IMG/VR virus record: IMGVR_UViG_3300035675_000006
Reading direction: 5' to 3' (one strand)
DNA: 64,000 bases
Origin: an uncultured virus (IMG/VR IMGVR_UViG_3300035675_000006)
Taxonomy: Duplodnaviria; Heunggongvirae; Uroviricota; Caudoviricetes
Below, piece after piece: positions 37,199-47,171 of the stretch (its first letter is position 1; each line of letters opens with the position of its first letter). The notes under the pieces are model-generated. The model did not search any database. It was not told the DNA's origin and saw only the letters and a program-made list of their open reading frames with translations. Both the position numbers and the translations under genes were made by a program.

Positions 37199-38289
37199 TG
37201 GAAAGCGTTGCGCTCTTTTTCAAAGAGGGCTCAAGCGATAAGGTTTACCAAGCCTGCATTGAATCTCACAATGACGGCTATGTGGTGAACTTTGAGTACG
37301 GACGTCGTGGCAGTACACTTACCAGCGGCACGAAGACACCTGATCCTGTGCCGTTCATCAAGGCTAAAGCCATCTACGACAAGCTGGTCAAAGAAAAGAC
37401 CAGCAAAGGTTACACCGTGGACGGCTCAGGCACACCTTACTCGAGCACAGACAAAGAAGCCCGGGATACTGGCTTCAGGTGCCAGTTACTGAACCCAATC
37501 GACGAAGAAGAAGCTCTGGATCTTGTCGCAGACCCTGACTGGTGGATGCAGGAGAAGTACGATGGCAAACGTGTGCCGATAAAGAAAGAACGGCAGGAAA
37601 TCACAGGTCTTAACCGCAAAGGCTTGACTATCGGTCTGCCCGAGCCAATAGTTGCCTGCATGAAGCGCATTGGCTGCAACTGCATGCTTGATGGCGAGTG
37701 CATCAGTGACAGGTACTACGCATTTGATTGCATGAGCTATCACGACAAAGACACGACTGCAGAGCCATACAGCCAACGCTTTCACAGACTAGCTGATCTG
37801 CTGACACCGGAAGCCATGTACTTGTCTCATGGTATCCGGGATATGCCGACGCTGGTCCTGGCCAACACCGCACGTACACCTAGCGAGAAAAAGAAGATGC
37901 TTGCTGAAATGCGCAAGCGAAACGCTGAGGGCGTTGTGTTCAAGCGCATTACGGCGCCATATACTGCAGGCAGGCCCAACTCCGGAGGCGCACAGCGTAA
38001 GTTCAAGTTCTACGCGACTGCATCAGCGGTAGTGCTGAAGCGCACTTCCGGGAAACGAAGTGTCGAAATGGGAGTCTACGATCAGAATGTTATGGTGGGT
38101 GTAGGCGCGGTTACTGTCTTGCCAAACTTTGATGTGCCTGAAGTAGGCAAGATAATTGAGGTCAGGTACTTGTACGCCCACAAAGGCGGCAAGTTATATC
38201 AGCCAATCTACCTTGGTGAACGCGACGATATTCGGCACGTAGACTGCGTTCTTTCACAGCTCAAGTACAAGAAAGAAGAGGAAGAGTGA
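37189..38289 (+). CDS. ATP-dependent DNA ligase with N-terminal WGR domain
   Basis: SDKVY and YGRRG (WGR); EKYDGKR, LDGE, FD, EGVVFK (ligase). Confidence 0.85.
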   Translation: MGVMESVALFFKEGSSDKVYQACIESHNDGYVVNFEYGRRGSTLTSGTKTPDPVPFIKAKAIYDKLVKEKTSKGYTVDGSGTPYSSTDKEARDTGFRCQLLNPIDEEEALDLVADPDWWMQEKYDGKRVPIKKERQEITGLNRKGLTIGLPEPIVACMKRIGCNCMLDGECISDRYYAFDCMSYHDKDTTAEPYSQRFHRLADLLTPEAMYLSHGIRDMPTLVLANTARTPSEKKKMLAEMRKRNAEGVVFKRITAPYTAGRPNSGGAQRKFKFYATASAVVLKRTSGKRSVEMGVYDQNVMVGVGAVTVLPNFDVPEVGKIIEVRYLYAHKGGKLYQPIYLGERDDIRHVDCVLSQLKYKKEEEE

Positions 38290-38621
38290 TGTTCGTGGAA
38301 CTGACTCCGGAGAATGAACAGAAGCTTGAGAAGAAGCGCAAGCTGGAACGCTCACGCTACTTCGGTCTCTGTGTGGTGGTCACTAATTCCAAAGGCCAGG
38401 TCACACACTACTGGGCTTACGATCATTTAAGTACACGTCTCGACACGCAAGACCCACAGCTGTTCGCTACACGTAAAGCCTTGATCTGGCGAAGAAATGC
38501 TTTGATCAACGAAGGCTTCAAGGCTAAGCTGGCCGTGTGGTTCTTTGACGATTCATACATGGAGCCTCTGGAAAAGTACATCAATCTGAAGTCCAGGTTT
38601 CCAGGATCACCGCGCTTGTAG
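38286..38621 (+). CDS. Hypothetical protein
   Basis: GTGA overlap. Confidence 0.55.
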   Translation: MMFVELTPENEQKLEKKRKLERSRYFGLCVVVTNSKGQVTHYWAYDHLSTRLDTQDPQLFATRKALIWRRNALINEGFKAKLAVWFFDDSYMEPLEKYINLKSRFPGSPRL

Positions 38622-38687
38622 CTCAGTTGGTAGAGTAGCGGACTTTTAATCCGTTGGTCGTGGGTTCAAGTCCCACCGAGCGCACCA
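38612..38687 (+). tRNA. tRNA-Lys(TTT)
   Basis: GCGGA-CTTTTAA-TCCGT; CCA end. Confidence 0.92.
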
Positions 38688-39421
38688 TACCGGAGACACA
38701 CGTAGTGGGCACACTAAAACAAGTTGTTGATGTTGGGATCACGACGCCTATCGGCAGATTATTTGGAGCCGATGAAGCAGCTAGAGTTTTGGGAATAACA
38801 GGAAAAAGATTGATGGAATTGGCTTTGGCAGAGATAGCCCCGCACCACCACATTGATAATGGACCACCTGTCTTCATAAAAGATGAACTCAGAGAATGGG
38901 CAAAAGATAATTTGTACACGAATCATAAAGGAGAACGCATACCTACTCGTGTCACAGTTATAACAGTCGACAAGCGTAACCCGCCAGAGTACCAGAACGT
39001 CCCCACGTCCATACGCCCCATGTACAGCTACTTAGGATGTTATAAACTCGAGACCCACACTCCATGTGTATATTTCTTATGTCTGAATGACGAAGTAGTA
39101 TACGTAGGTCAAACTGTTACATTGGCCGGACGTATCAGCACCCACATGTGTGAATCTGTTAAGGATTTTGACAGGGTATTCTTTCTTCCGGTAGATCCAG
39201 CTGATTTGGATACTGTTGAAATCGCACTCATCAGAGCATTACGTCCAAAAGAAAACAAACAACGTTTAGCTGACTACGGCGAAGAAATGCATAAATACGA
39301 GCAACAAAAACTGGCTAAATACAGTTGCTGCGTTTCTAGTGTAGATGGGAAGAACGTGATCACTTGCACAGCTCCTCTTTCTGTGACCAACGGAGAGCCT
39401 CATGCAGAAAAACCAGACTGA
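38654..39421 (+). CDS. HTH plus GIY-YIG nuclease protein (true start probably downstream of the tRNA)
   Basis: VYFL...YVGQT...R...H...E; N-terminal EAARVLGI. Confidence 0.7.
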   Translation: MVVGSSPTERTIPETHVVGTLKQVVDVGITTPIGRLFGADEAARVLGITGKRLMELALAEIAPHHHIDNGPPVFIKDELREWAKDNLYTNHKGERIPTRVTVITVDKRNPPEYQNVPTSIRPMYSYLGCYKLETHTPCVYFLCLNDEVVYVGQTVTLAGRISTHMCESVKDFDRVFFLPVDPADLDTVEIALIRALRPKENKQRLADYGEEMHKYEQQKLAKYSCCVSSVDGKNVITCTAPLSVTNGEPHAEKPD

Positions 39422-39655
39422 AGTAAGCGCATTAATGGGTCCTGGTCGTTACTGGGGAAGACCAATCAGGTTATCAGCTATCGGAGGCTGTCTACCAGAG
39501 AAGCCACCGAAGATTCCAAAGAAGGTCTTTTGTGAGACTTGCAAGAAGCGCCCCGGCACCAAGCGTTTCGATAATGGTCTTGCATGTGGAACCCACTGTG
39601 ATACGTGCTTCAATAAGATGGTTTCGGATTGTCGCAGCAGGAACTGGTGAAGTAC

Positions 39656-39727
39656 TACCCTGTCGCTCAATGGCTAGGGCAACGGCCTTTGGCGCCGTCT
39701 ATCCAGGTTCGAGTCCTGGCAGGGTAA
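39656..39727 (+). tRNA. tRNA-Gln(TTG)
   Basis: ACGGC-CTTTGGC-GCCGT; TACCCTG/CAGGGTA acceptor. Confidence 0.85.
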
Positions 39728-39732
39728 TTGTC

Positions 39733-39806
39733 GTCCCCGTCTTCTAAGCGGCTTAGGATAGCAGGTTTTCAACCTGTTGATGCGGGTTCGATTCCCGCCG
39801 GGGACA
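39733..39806 (+). tRNA. tRNA-Glu(TTC)
   Basis: GCAGG-TTTTCAA-CCTGT. Confidence 0.88.
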
Positions 39807-39811
39807 CTTTG

Positions 39812-39888
39812 GCGTGCGTAGCTCAGTTGGTTAGAGCACTACTCCGATAAGGTAGGGGTCCTTGGTTCAACTCCAAGCGCACGCACCA
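39812..39888 (+). tRNA. tRNA-Ile(GAT)
   Basis: CTACT-CCGATAA-GGTAG; CCA end. Confidence 0.85.
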
Positions 39889-39895
39889 ACTTTAG

Positions 39896-39985
39896 GGCAG
39901 GATGGCAGAGCGGTCGATTGCACCTGTTTTGAAAACAGGAGGGCTCGCAAGGGTCCCGTGGGTTCGAATCCTACTCCTGCCGCCA
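39896..39985 (+). tRNA. tRNA-Ser(TGA)
   Basis: CCTGT-TTTGAAA-ACAGG; long variable arm; GCCA end. Confidence 0.92.
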
Positions 39986-40003
39986 CTCAAGAAAGGATTG
40001 AGA

Positions 40004-40285
40004 ATGGTCAAAAAACGCAGACGTGGTCGTCCCCGCATCTTGAGAAAAAGCCGCATCAGCAAGAAATTCCTCGACAGTTTCAAAGTATCCGGACCTGAAG
40101 CACCCAAACCTCTGCCTGATGACTTGGTCGCTCAAGCCAGACGTCAGTTGGATCACCGACCGAAATGTGAAATTTGCAAAACGATTCTGAGCTCGTATAA
40201 CAAGTCTCAACCTCCGCGCTGCAGCTTGCACCAGGCACGTCAAGGGATAGGAGACCCCTATGCACTTCAAAAGGAAGAAGTGTAA
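40004..40285 (+). CDS. Basic Zn-finger-like protein
   Basis: RRGRPR, CEIC...C..H. Confidence 0.55.
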   Translation: MVKKRRRGRPRILRKSRISKKFLDSFKVSGPEAPKPLPDDLVAQARRQLDHRPKCEICKTILSSYNKSQPPRCSLHQARQGIGDPYALQKEEV

Positions 40286-40413
40286 GCGTCAAGTCAGGTG
40301 TACACTGTGCACGCCTGACCGGTGGAAGGGCAACAAGAAATCGCGATTCAAAGACAAAGAACAGGCCATTCGTAAACGTTCACTGGAAGAGGAGTTTCCT
40401 GAGGACTACAAAT

Positions 40414-40623
40414 ATGAACGCTGATGAAAAACAGATCATGAAAGAATTAACCGAGAGCCTGGAAGACATGGTTCGCCAGCATTGCTACTGCGAACAGAAG
40501 ACCGGCTACTACGATTCAGGCGCGCTGACAGCAGACGCGGATGCCATGCGTCTGCTCGCCAAGCTTGGAAAATTTGAGATAGAACTCGATCGCGGGAGGA
40601 TAGTGCGTGGAAGCTTCAAGTGA
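40414..40623 (+). CDS. Hypothetical protein
   Basis: GAGG RBS. Confidence 0.55.
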   Translation: MNADEKQIMKELTESLEDMVRQHCYCEQKTGYYDSGALTADADAMRLLAKLGKFEIELDRGRIVRGSFK

Positions 40624-40936
40624 AAATGAACCGAAAGAGGTCTACTTGGCCCTTATCGGTGATTGTGGCGGAGAATGCAACGGGCAATGTGCCAAAGCAA
40701 AACCCCTCATATTCTCAACAGATGGCGCGATAATGTTCCGTCCGGAACAAATCAAATCCTTCCAGGGCATGGAAGGCAGACGTATCGGCCCTGACGGCCC
40801 CACCGGCAAAGTACAGAAGTTGCTGGTGATCAACAGTGGTATGCGAAACGAGCAACTGTTCATTGTGCGTGAAGTCTTGCATGAACCAAGCGAAATCGAC
40901 GCGATATGCCGCGTCTCCAATATCATAGGAGAATGA
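40607..40936 (+). CDS. Hypothetical protein
   Basis: GGAGG RBS. Confidence 0.55.
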   Translation: MEASSENEPKEVYLALIGDCGGECNGQCAKAKPLIFSTDGAIMFRPEQIKSFQGMEGRRIGPDGPTGKVQKLLVINSGMRNEQLFIVREVLHEPSEIDAICRVSNIIGE

Positions 40937-40937
40937 G

Positions 40938-41516
40938 ATGGAGTTCAAACCTGGCGATGTCGTCCAGGCGTTCTTCCAGGACAGGTGGCAGACAGCTACA
41001 GTTGTGGACTACGGACGGAAATGGACGCATGTGAAATTCTCACATCGGGCCCGGAATACGAAGTTGCCAATCGATAAACTTCGTGAGATCAAGAAAGTCC
41101 AACCGTACAAGGCACCTGAAAAAGTACCCGACAGCCAACAAGCGAGAACCCGTTATGGCAATCCTGAAGAAATCAACATGGATCACTTCGACATGTTCTT
41201 CCGGATTCGTGACGGCACGCGCCCGATGGCTACCATAGTTTCTTACTACAAAGAAGAGGCCATGGTCATGTTCGAGGCCGTGAAGAAATTCAGAGCCATG
41301 CTTACCGAACCCACGCCTGCCACTCCGACAGAAGTAAAGCCATTGCCTTTACCGATGGTCAACATGGTAAAGCCTGATGCAAATCCTAAGCCTCCGACTC
41401 CCGCGCCGGCGCCACCGAAGCCTGCGCCTGTAAAACCAGAACCCGCGTCTGCTCCTGTCGAGCAGCGAAAAAAGCGCGGTAGGCCTTCCAAGAAACCCAA
41501 GGAAGTCGCATTTTAG
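40938..41516 (+). CDS. Hypothetical protein, Pro-rich tail with AT-hook-like KRGRP
   Basis: AGGAG RBS. Confidence 0.65.
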   Translation: MEFKPGDVVQAFFQDRWQTATVVDYGRKWTHVKFSHRARNTKLPIDKLREIKKVQPYKAPEKVPDSQQARTRYGNPEEINMDHFDMFFRIRDGTRPMATIVSYYKEEAMVMFEAVKKFRAMLTEPTPATPTEVKPLPLPMVNMVKPDANPKPPTPAPAPPKPAPVKPEPASAPVEQRKKRGRPSKKPKEVAF

Positions 41517-41525
41517 GAGAAGCTT

Positions 41526-41894
41526 ATGTTCGTGAAACTGGATAAGACTGCGTTCATGGTGAACTGGGAACACGGCACCGGTCCTACCGGGCAGCGGTTC
41601 ACGAAGTGCTTTTTGCACGAGCTGGTGCACAAAGATGAAGAGCCCACGCGGGATAACGTTTCAACTCTGCCCAGTTACGAGGGCATGGCAGTATGTTCCA
41701 AGAAAGATCAATTCAGCAAGAATAAGGGCCGCAAGAAAAGCCTGTCTCGCGCCATATCCAATCACCTAGTCTTCCCATTGGAGGCACGCCTGAAATTCTG
41801 GGATGCCTATTTCAAAATGCAAGGCGTGTGCTACGATTCCAAGAAGCTGGCGAAGACGCTGGGCTTCATGGTCTACGAGAAAATTGGGCCCTAA
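41526..41894 (+). CDS. Hypothetical phage protein
   Basis: G.A.CS.KDQF.K..GR...L.RA motif. Confidence 0.65.
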   Translation: MFVKLDKTAFMVNWEHGTGPTGQRFTKCFLHELVHKDEEPTRDNVSTLPSYEGMAVCSKKDQFSKNKGRKKSLSRAISNHLVFPLEARLKFWDAYFKMQGVCYDSKKLAKTLGFMVYEKIGP

Positions 41895-41895
41895 A

Positions 41896-42282
41896 ATGAA
41901 ACCCTACGGATGGATGGTCTTCGAGACTGCAGCGCCACCGGACATCCGATACTTCTCGTTCAGTGGCGATTGCGGCAGGAGACTCTATCTATCCGCACGG
42001 GATGTCACGCTCATACATACTGAACCCTGCGGGGGATTCACGCTCGAAAACAGGCCCACGCAAGTCGAATACAACCACTGTCAAGAAGAGTACTACAAGA
42101 CGCTTAACGACCCGCGGAGATACATCACTGAAGGCGGGGCAGTTCCTGAGTGCCCCGCCTGTCTGACACGGATCATAGAAAGCCTGTACGAAAGTTACCT
42201 GTTGAGCAACCCTGAGGAGAACGACCATGAAGCAAAAGACACCTTCGCTCCCGAGATTCCGCGTGACGTTAAGAAGCCCTGA
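41896..42282 (+). CDS. Cys-motif protein (family 1)
   Basis: CPACLTRIIE. Confidence 0.55.
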   Translation: MKPYGWMVFETAAPPDIRYFSFSGDCGRRLYLSARDVTLIHTEPCGGFTLENRPTQVEYNHCQEEYYKTLNDPRRYITEGGAVPECPACLTRIIESLYESYLLSNPEENDHEAKDTFAPEIPRDVKKP

Positions 42283-42438
42283 GATCAGCAAGACCTACGT
42301 AATCGAATCACAGGATGAGCCTACCGCTTACCAGTGGGGCGAGCAGCAGATCAAGTACTGGGTTAAATGCTTCACGTCAGGCAAGGAGCTGGGCTTCGAC
42401 GAGAATCCCAAAAAGCTCAAGCTGCAGGTTTCAGCGTT

Positions 42439-42675
42439 GTGAAGCTTCTTAAGTATGGCCGTGAGATACGCGCGCAGGGTAAGTGCAAACGTATCATTGT
42501 CATAGATTCTGAAACGGGCATGTACAAATACTGCAGTACGGGAGCGCGCTCAGGCAGGACTATCGCGCATCTGAGATACCATTTATGCTCCAACGATTGT
42601 CAGGCCTGCTTGATTCAGTTCATGGAAACCATGGTGACGAAAAAATGGGAAGAACGTTCACTGAGGAAGAGGTAG
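42439..42675 (+). CDS. Cys-motif protein (family 1)
   Basis: GKC...CQACLIQFME. Confidence 0.55.
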   Translation: MKLLKYGREIRAQGKCKRIIVIDSETGMYKYCSTGARSGRTIAHLRYHLCSNDCQACLIQFMETMVTKKWEERSLRKR

Positions 42676-43013
42676 ATTGGGCATGGGTTGACACGCAACT
42701 CAAAGGCAAGTGTGGACGCATGTTTGCTGTAACCAACGCGACAGATAAATACGTCATGTGTTATCGGTTGGCTGCCACAGTAGTTCCTGAAAATCATGAC
42801 CTTAATACATCGTCGCCATTACCTATTTGTGCAGCTTGTCTTGCAGACGTAGCTGAAACTCTTCAGAAGTATAGTTTGCTGTACACTGTTACCGAAGACG
42901 GTTTAATAAAGCGCTTTGAAGGGATCAGATACCGATGCCCACCAGAAGATCGCAGTATGCCGGCATGGACGATTCCGACAACCCGGGCCCAAAGGGAGAA
43001 CCAGGACCAATAG
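42645..43013 (+). CDS. Cys-motif protein (family 1)
   Basis: GKCG...CAACLADVAE. Confidence 0.55.
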   Translation: MGRTFTEEEVDWAWVDTQLKGKCGRMFAVTNATDKYVMCYRLAATVVPENHDLNTSSPLPICAACLADVAETLQKYSLLYTVTEDGLIKRFEGIRYRCPPEDRSMPAWTIPTTRAQRENQDQ

Positions 43014-43193
43014 GTATGGGTTTCGATAATCATTACCCTCGTCGTAAAGACCACCGCAAGCCGTATCACGCACGTGGTAAGCATGACAGAACATGCAGAC
43101 CGAACGGCACATGCCCTTACTGCCAGAACAACAGGCGTCATTCCAACTTCAAGAAAAAACTAATCGCAGAAGATAAACTGAAGGAGTTCAAAG

Positions 43194-43514
43194 ATGATCC
43201 AGGTAGATGACATGAACTTCATGGACGAGGTTTCGCAGGCTACAAAGCCCACGCTCGTTTGCTTCGGGTCCAGTAGCTGCGCTCCATGCAGACACATGCA
43301 GCCGATACTGGAGAAGCTCGAGCACGACTGTCCTGACATCAAGTTCGTCAAGGTGTACGCTGAAGAAGCACCAGATACATGCTGCCAGCTGGGAATACGA
43401 AATGTCCCAACGATAGTCCTGTTCAAGGACAGCCAAAATCTTGACGCGCTGGTTGGTTTTCAAAACGAATACAAGCTGCGGGACTTTCTGCAAACCAACG
43501 GAGTCTGTGGATGA
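43194..43514 (+). CDS. trxA: Thioredoxin
   Basis: CAPC active site, VPT cis-Pro loop. Confidence 0.88.
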   Translation: MIQVDDMNFMDEVSQATKPTLVCFGSSSCAPCRHMQPILEKLEHDCPDIKFVKVYAEEAPDTCCQLGIRNVPTIVLFKDSQNLDALVGFQNEYKLRDFLQTNGVCG

Positions 43515-43852
43515 AAATAGCCCTGGCTCTAGCGTTTTACTTCATAGCCACGGTTTGCTGGTTCTACGGTGAAGCAAGATTTCTGAAAGCAGTCACAGAT
43601 CACGATGACTGGGTAGCCGGCCTGGCCTGGGCAGCTCTCAGTTTCATAGCCATACCTCTGTTTACCTTCGGGACATACTGGATCTACAAGGACAGTGAGT
43701 CCTGGTGGTGGGTCCAGTTCCCGTACTGGGTCATGAGCATGGCCGTTTCGTACTGGGCGTTCTCACGAGAGCTTGGAACTGTGTTCTCGTGGCGCCTGGT
43801 TGTGGGCTGCGTGCTGATTCTGGCAGCTGCAGCAATCGTTGGTTCAGAGTAG
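43511..43852 (+). CDS. 4-TM membrane protein
   Basis: Hydrophobic segments. Confidence 0.65.
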   Translation: MKIALALAFYFIATVCWFYGEARFLKAVTDHDDWVAGLAWAALSFIAIPLFTFGTYWIYKDSESWWWVQFPYWVMSMAVSYWAFSRELGTVFSWRLVVGCVLILAAAAIVGSE

Positions 43853-43873
43853 ACTCTTAGATAGGAGAAAGGC

Positions 43874-44152
43874 ATGTCATCCGAGTTGCTGGATCGTCCA
43901 CCGGAGGCGGAAATGCCGAAGAAGAAAGCGGTCGCCAAACCTAAAGCTCCTCCTGCCCCGCCAAAACCTGAAGATCTCATGGCTGCGCGCCTGGCTGAAA
44001 AATACACTGAGCGCACAGGTTACAAGCGCCGGATCGCCCACTTGTGGAACAATTACTTCCGAGTCGACTACCTGCCCTACAATCCCGAGGACAAGACAAT
44101 CTCAGACTTCATCCGTGTGGATGAAAAAGACTTCAAAGTCTTCCCGCGGTAG
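43874..44152 (+). CDS. Hypothetical protein
   Basis: AGGAG RBS. Confidence 0.6.
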   Translation: MSSELLDRPPEAEMPKKKAVAKPKAPPAPPKPEDLMAARLAEKYTERTGYKRRIAHLWNNYFRVDYLPYNPEDKTISDFIRVDEKDFKVFPR

Positions 44153-44161
44153 GAGACAGTC

Positions 44162-44737
44162 ATGGGCTACCCCAATCCCTATAAGCCACAGCAGCAGTCA
44201 GTTATCTACACATCGGATAGCACGATACCTCCGTGGCCAAATCCAGTGCCTGACGTTGGTGCTGGTGATCCGTACGACCCTAATGATCTACGCAATCACC
44301 AGCATATTTACACAAGCACGGGGATAGATAATACTGACAAGCCAAACTGGCCGAGTCTGCACACCAATCGCAAACTGCCCTTCGGGACAGTCACTTATTT
44401 TTCGTGGCTATTGCAGAGTGCGCGCATATTTGGTAAGTGCGGTGCGGTACTCTGCGTCGATAAGTGCTCCTCCGCGGATTACCTGATAATGGAATGTTGG
44501 GATATAAACGAGAGCGGCACTTACACATGGAACTCATGCAAGTGCCGGCATACCCAGTGGTATGATTCGCCAACCGAACGCGTTCTCTGGGTCTTGCCAG
44601 AGAACGACTGTTTTCAGTGTCTGGTCAGCACCGTAGAGTCGGTAGTCAACCTCATGGTAGGAGGAGCCGTGAATGGCGGGAGACATCAAGAAATACCAGT
44701 ACAAAAACCAGGAGATATCAGTAAAGGGTCTGTGTAA
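44162..44737 (+). CDS. Cys-motif protein (family 1)
   Basis: GKCG...CFQCLVSTVE. Confidence 0.6.
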   Translation: MGYPNPYKPQQQSVIYTSDSTIPPWPNPVPDVGAGDPYDPNDLRNHQHIYTSTGIDNTDKPNWPSLHTNRKLPFGTVTYFSWLLQSARIFGKCGAVLCVDKCSSADYLIMECWDINESGTYTWNSCKCRHTQWYDSPTERVLWVLPENDCFQCLVSTVESVVNLMVGGAVNGGRHQEIPVQKPGDISKGSV

Positions 44738-45002
44738 GGACGGCACGTGCATCCACACATACTATTCACCTTATGGCTTTCAACGATTGATATGTGAAGT
44801 CGACAAGCCAAATCATCCTGGATTTGAAACAGTGTTCGATAATCGAGGCGGCATAAATCTACATGACCCATTACCTGTGTGCCTGCCCTGTCTTTTGCAA
44901 CTGATAGAAGCGGGATTCAACCGGACCATGATCCGGCACGAATCCCGGTACAACGCACGCAAAGGCGCGCGTAAGAAACTCCAATACGTGAGGTTACTGT
45001 GA
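44673..45002 (+). CDS. Cys-motif protein (family 1)
   Basis: GLC...CLPCLLQLIE. Confidence 0.55.
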   Translation: MAGDIKKYQYKNQEISVKGLCKDGTCIHTYYSPYGFQRLICEVDKPNHPGFETVFDNRGGINLHDPLPVCLPCLLQLIEAGFNRTMIRHESRYNARKGARKKLQYVRLL

Positions 45003-45307
45003 TTGACGATCGGTACTACCTGCGGCATTTGAAGTACGCAGACTGGATGCGTCGCGAAACGTACAAAAATCCTGGTGCATGCGGCACACATGGCGTGTGC
45101 ATAAACCTAACTGAAGGCGATCCCGGCCTGGCCCACTGTGGTTTCAGTGAAAAAGCAGGGATAGCCTGCTTCGATACTGGCTTCAAATTATGGCGTTACG
45201 GCATACCAGAGGAAAAACCAGAATGCTTCATGTGCGTGCTTGAACTCACGGAGTACGCGTTCAATGTGTTTGCACATGTCATGTCCTGCGAGGTGGCAAT
45301 ATCTTGA
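44999..45307 (+). CDS. Cys-motif protein (family 1)
   Basis: GACG...CFMCVLELTE. Confidence 0.55.
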   Translation: MIDDRYYLRHLKYADWMRRETYKNPGACGTHGVCINLTEGDPGLAHCGFSEKAGIACFDTGFKLWRYGIPEEKPECFMCVLELTEYAFNVFAHVMSCEVAIS

Positions 45308-45534
45308 GTCCCATATTCTTTCATAGAACATACCGGATACCAGGGCTATGTAGTAAAGGTCCAGGCGATGAATGCTACTTTGTTAATAACAACATCCACA
45401 CCCCTTACCTGCCGCGGCACTGCATGGGCATGCGCAACGTGACTAATCTTCACGAAACGGATTATGATAATGCTACATGTAGAGCTTGTCTGATAAACGC
45501 CATAGAGTGCCTGCGGAATAAGTATACTGTCTAA
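45304..45534 (+). CDS. Cys-motif protein (family 1)
   Basis: GLC...CRACLINAIE. Confidence 0.55.
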   Translation: MSPIFFHRTYRIPGLCSKGPGDECYFVNNNIHTPYLPRHCMGMRNVTNLHETDYDNATCRACLINAIECLRNKYTV

Positions 45535-45546
45535 GGAGATCAAGAG

Positions 45547-45948
45547 ATGCGTTACAAAGGCCTCTGTGGCGGACATCTGAGCATTGACATGCACGGTGTC
45601 TGCTGCGAGCTTCAGTACAAAGGACGTGTTGATACCGTCGCGCCTCCCTTGCGCGCGGATTTTCTAAAGATCTCACACATGACGCTGACCACCCCTCTTA
45701 ACCGTCACATGTTAAAAGAGGAGCGCTGCTGGAGGTGCCTGGTAGATGGTTTCGAACGAGCCTACACGGAAACGAAGAAAAGGCATTTTGTACCGCAAAA
45801 AATATCTGTGTATCGGCATGCTAAAGACGACGATATATCACAGGCCATGTGGCAGAAAAAAAATACAAGCCTGGGAAAGCCACGCCAACTCCGGAAGGTT
45901 CAAAGCAAAGTGCGTGGATACGCCCGGCGTACAAAACCACACAGGTGA
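45547..45948 (+). CDS. Cys-motif protein (family 1)
   Basis: GLCG...CWRCLVDGFE. Confidence 0.55.
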   Translation: MRYKGLCGGHLSIDMHGVCCELQYKGRVDTVAPPLRADFLKISHMTLTTPLNRHMLKEERCWRCLVDGFERAYTETKKRHFVPQKISVYRHAKDDDISQAMWQKKNTSLGKPRQLRKVQSKVRGYARRTKPHR

Positions 45949-46067
45949 TTTTCCGTGGCTTCCAGAATGCATCCCCTGCCTGATAGACGTGGTTGACCAA
46001 ATAGCCAACGCGCTACATACTGACGAACTCAAGACAGGCTCCAAGGTCACGAACTGGAGACTCCCTG

Positions 46068-46289
46068 GTGGCAAACGAATCTTTACACAGGATGCATAGC
46101 CCTTTGTGCATGAAGGGTAAATGCGGCAAGTACTCGCTGACATTCGCGTACGCACACAAGTCCAGTAAAGCTGTCCTGACGAGCGGTGTAGTCTGTCAGG
46201 GATCTGCATGGTACGAAGACAGTCGATTATGCAACGAGTGCATGATTGAGACAGCTGAGAGGCTAAGAAACGAATGCATGAATCCATAA
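46068..46289 (+). CDS. Cys-motif protein (family 1)
   Basis: GKCG...CNECMIETAE. Confidence 0.55.
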   Translation: MANESLHRMHSPLCMKGKCGKYSLTFAYAHKSSKAVLTSGVVCQGSAWYEDSRLCNECMIETAERLRNECMNP

Positions 46290-46457
46290 ATAAGCCCTTG
46301 GCTACGATAAGTCTTCCCGGTCGAATGGCCTACCTGCTTATGCAAATAAGCATGACTCGGGTCTTGGAAGAGCAAGCTATTCCTGTAAAATTCGAAGATT
46401 GGGTGAATCAAGCCGAGGACGTGTTCAACGACAGGATGTCAGAAAACGAGGGACGCC

Positions 46458-47171
46458 ATGAAACTAGGACCGTTGGTTCCTGATGAAAAATACGCCGAAG
46501 TGCTAGACGCGCTTCGAGGTCGCAAGTGGTGCATCTACAGACCGCGGGGAAACGCCGGCGACTGCATGATCGCCGAGGGCACTCACCAGCTGTGCCAACG
46601 ACATGGCATAACTCTGTGTGGTGCCGCTGAGTGCAACGGCTGGATAATTTCAGGAGGAGGCTATCTCACTGGCCTGTGGGGCGAAGAACCCAAGGTGGCC
46701 AAGATAATCTCCAAGGCATTGGCGCAAAAGTTCCCCGTGGTGATCCTACCACATACGCTGCTGCATCCGCCCATAATACTCCAGAAGGCTAAAGTATTCG
46801 TGCGGGAGAAGGCGTCACAGGATCAGTGTCCCGGATCCGTGCTTGGGCCGGACATGTCTTTCGCTGTCGCTGTAAGCTTGAAGCTGGAAGATCCGACCCG
46901 TGGCGAAGGCGTTTTCCTGCGTGATGACCAGGAAAGCATCATGCCTCCGCCACACAATGATCCAATGGGTGTCACCGACTGGGACTGGCAAGAATATATA
47001 CAGCTAGCCGCACGCCACCAGAGCATCGTTACGGACCGGCTGCATTTCGCCATAGCTTCTTTGTATGCAGGCAGGGAAACTACGCTACTCCCGAACTCGT
47101 TCCACAAGAACCGAAGCATGTGGGAAACGTGGCTGAAGGACCTGGGCTGCAAGTGGAAGGAGACCGTCTGA
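46458..47171 (+). CDS. Polysaccharide pyruvyltransferase family protein
   Basis: GNAGD, GGG, VRE..S, PDMSF, TDRLH. Confidence 0.82.
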   Translation: MKLGPLVPDEKYAEVLDALRGRKWCIYRPRGNAGDCMIAEGTHQLCQRHGITLCGAAECNGWIISGGGYLTGLWGEEPKVAKIISKALAQKFPVVILPHTLLHPPIILQKAKVFVREKASQDQCPGSVLGPDMSFAVAVSLKLEDPTRGEGVFLRDDQESIMPPPHNDPMGVTDWDWQEYIQLAARHQSIVTDRLHFAIASLYAGRETTLLPNSFHKNRSMWETWLKDLGCKWKETV

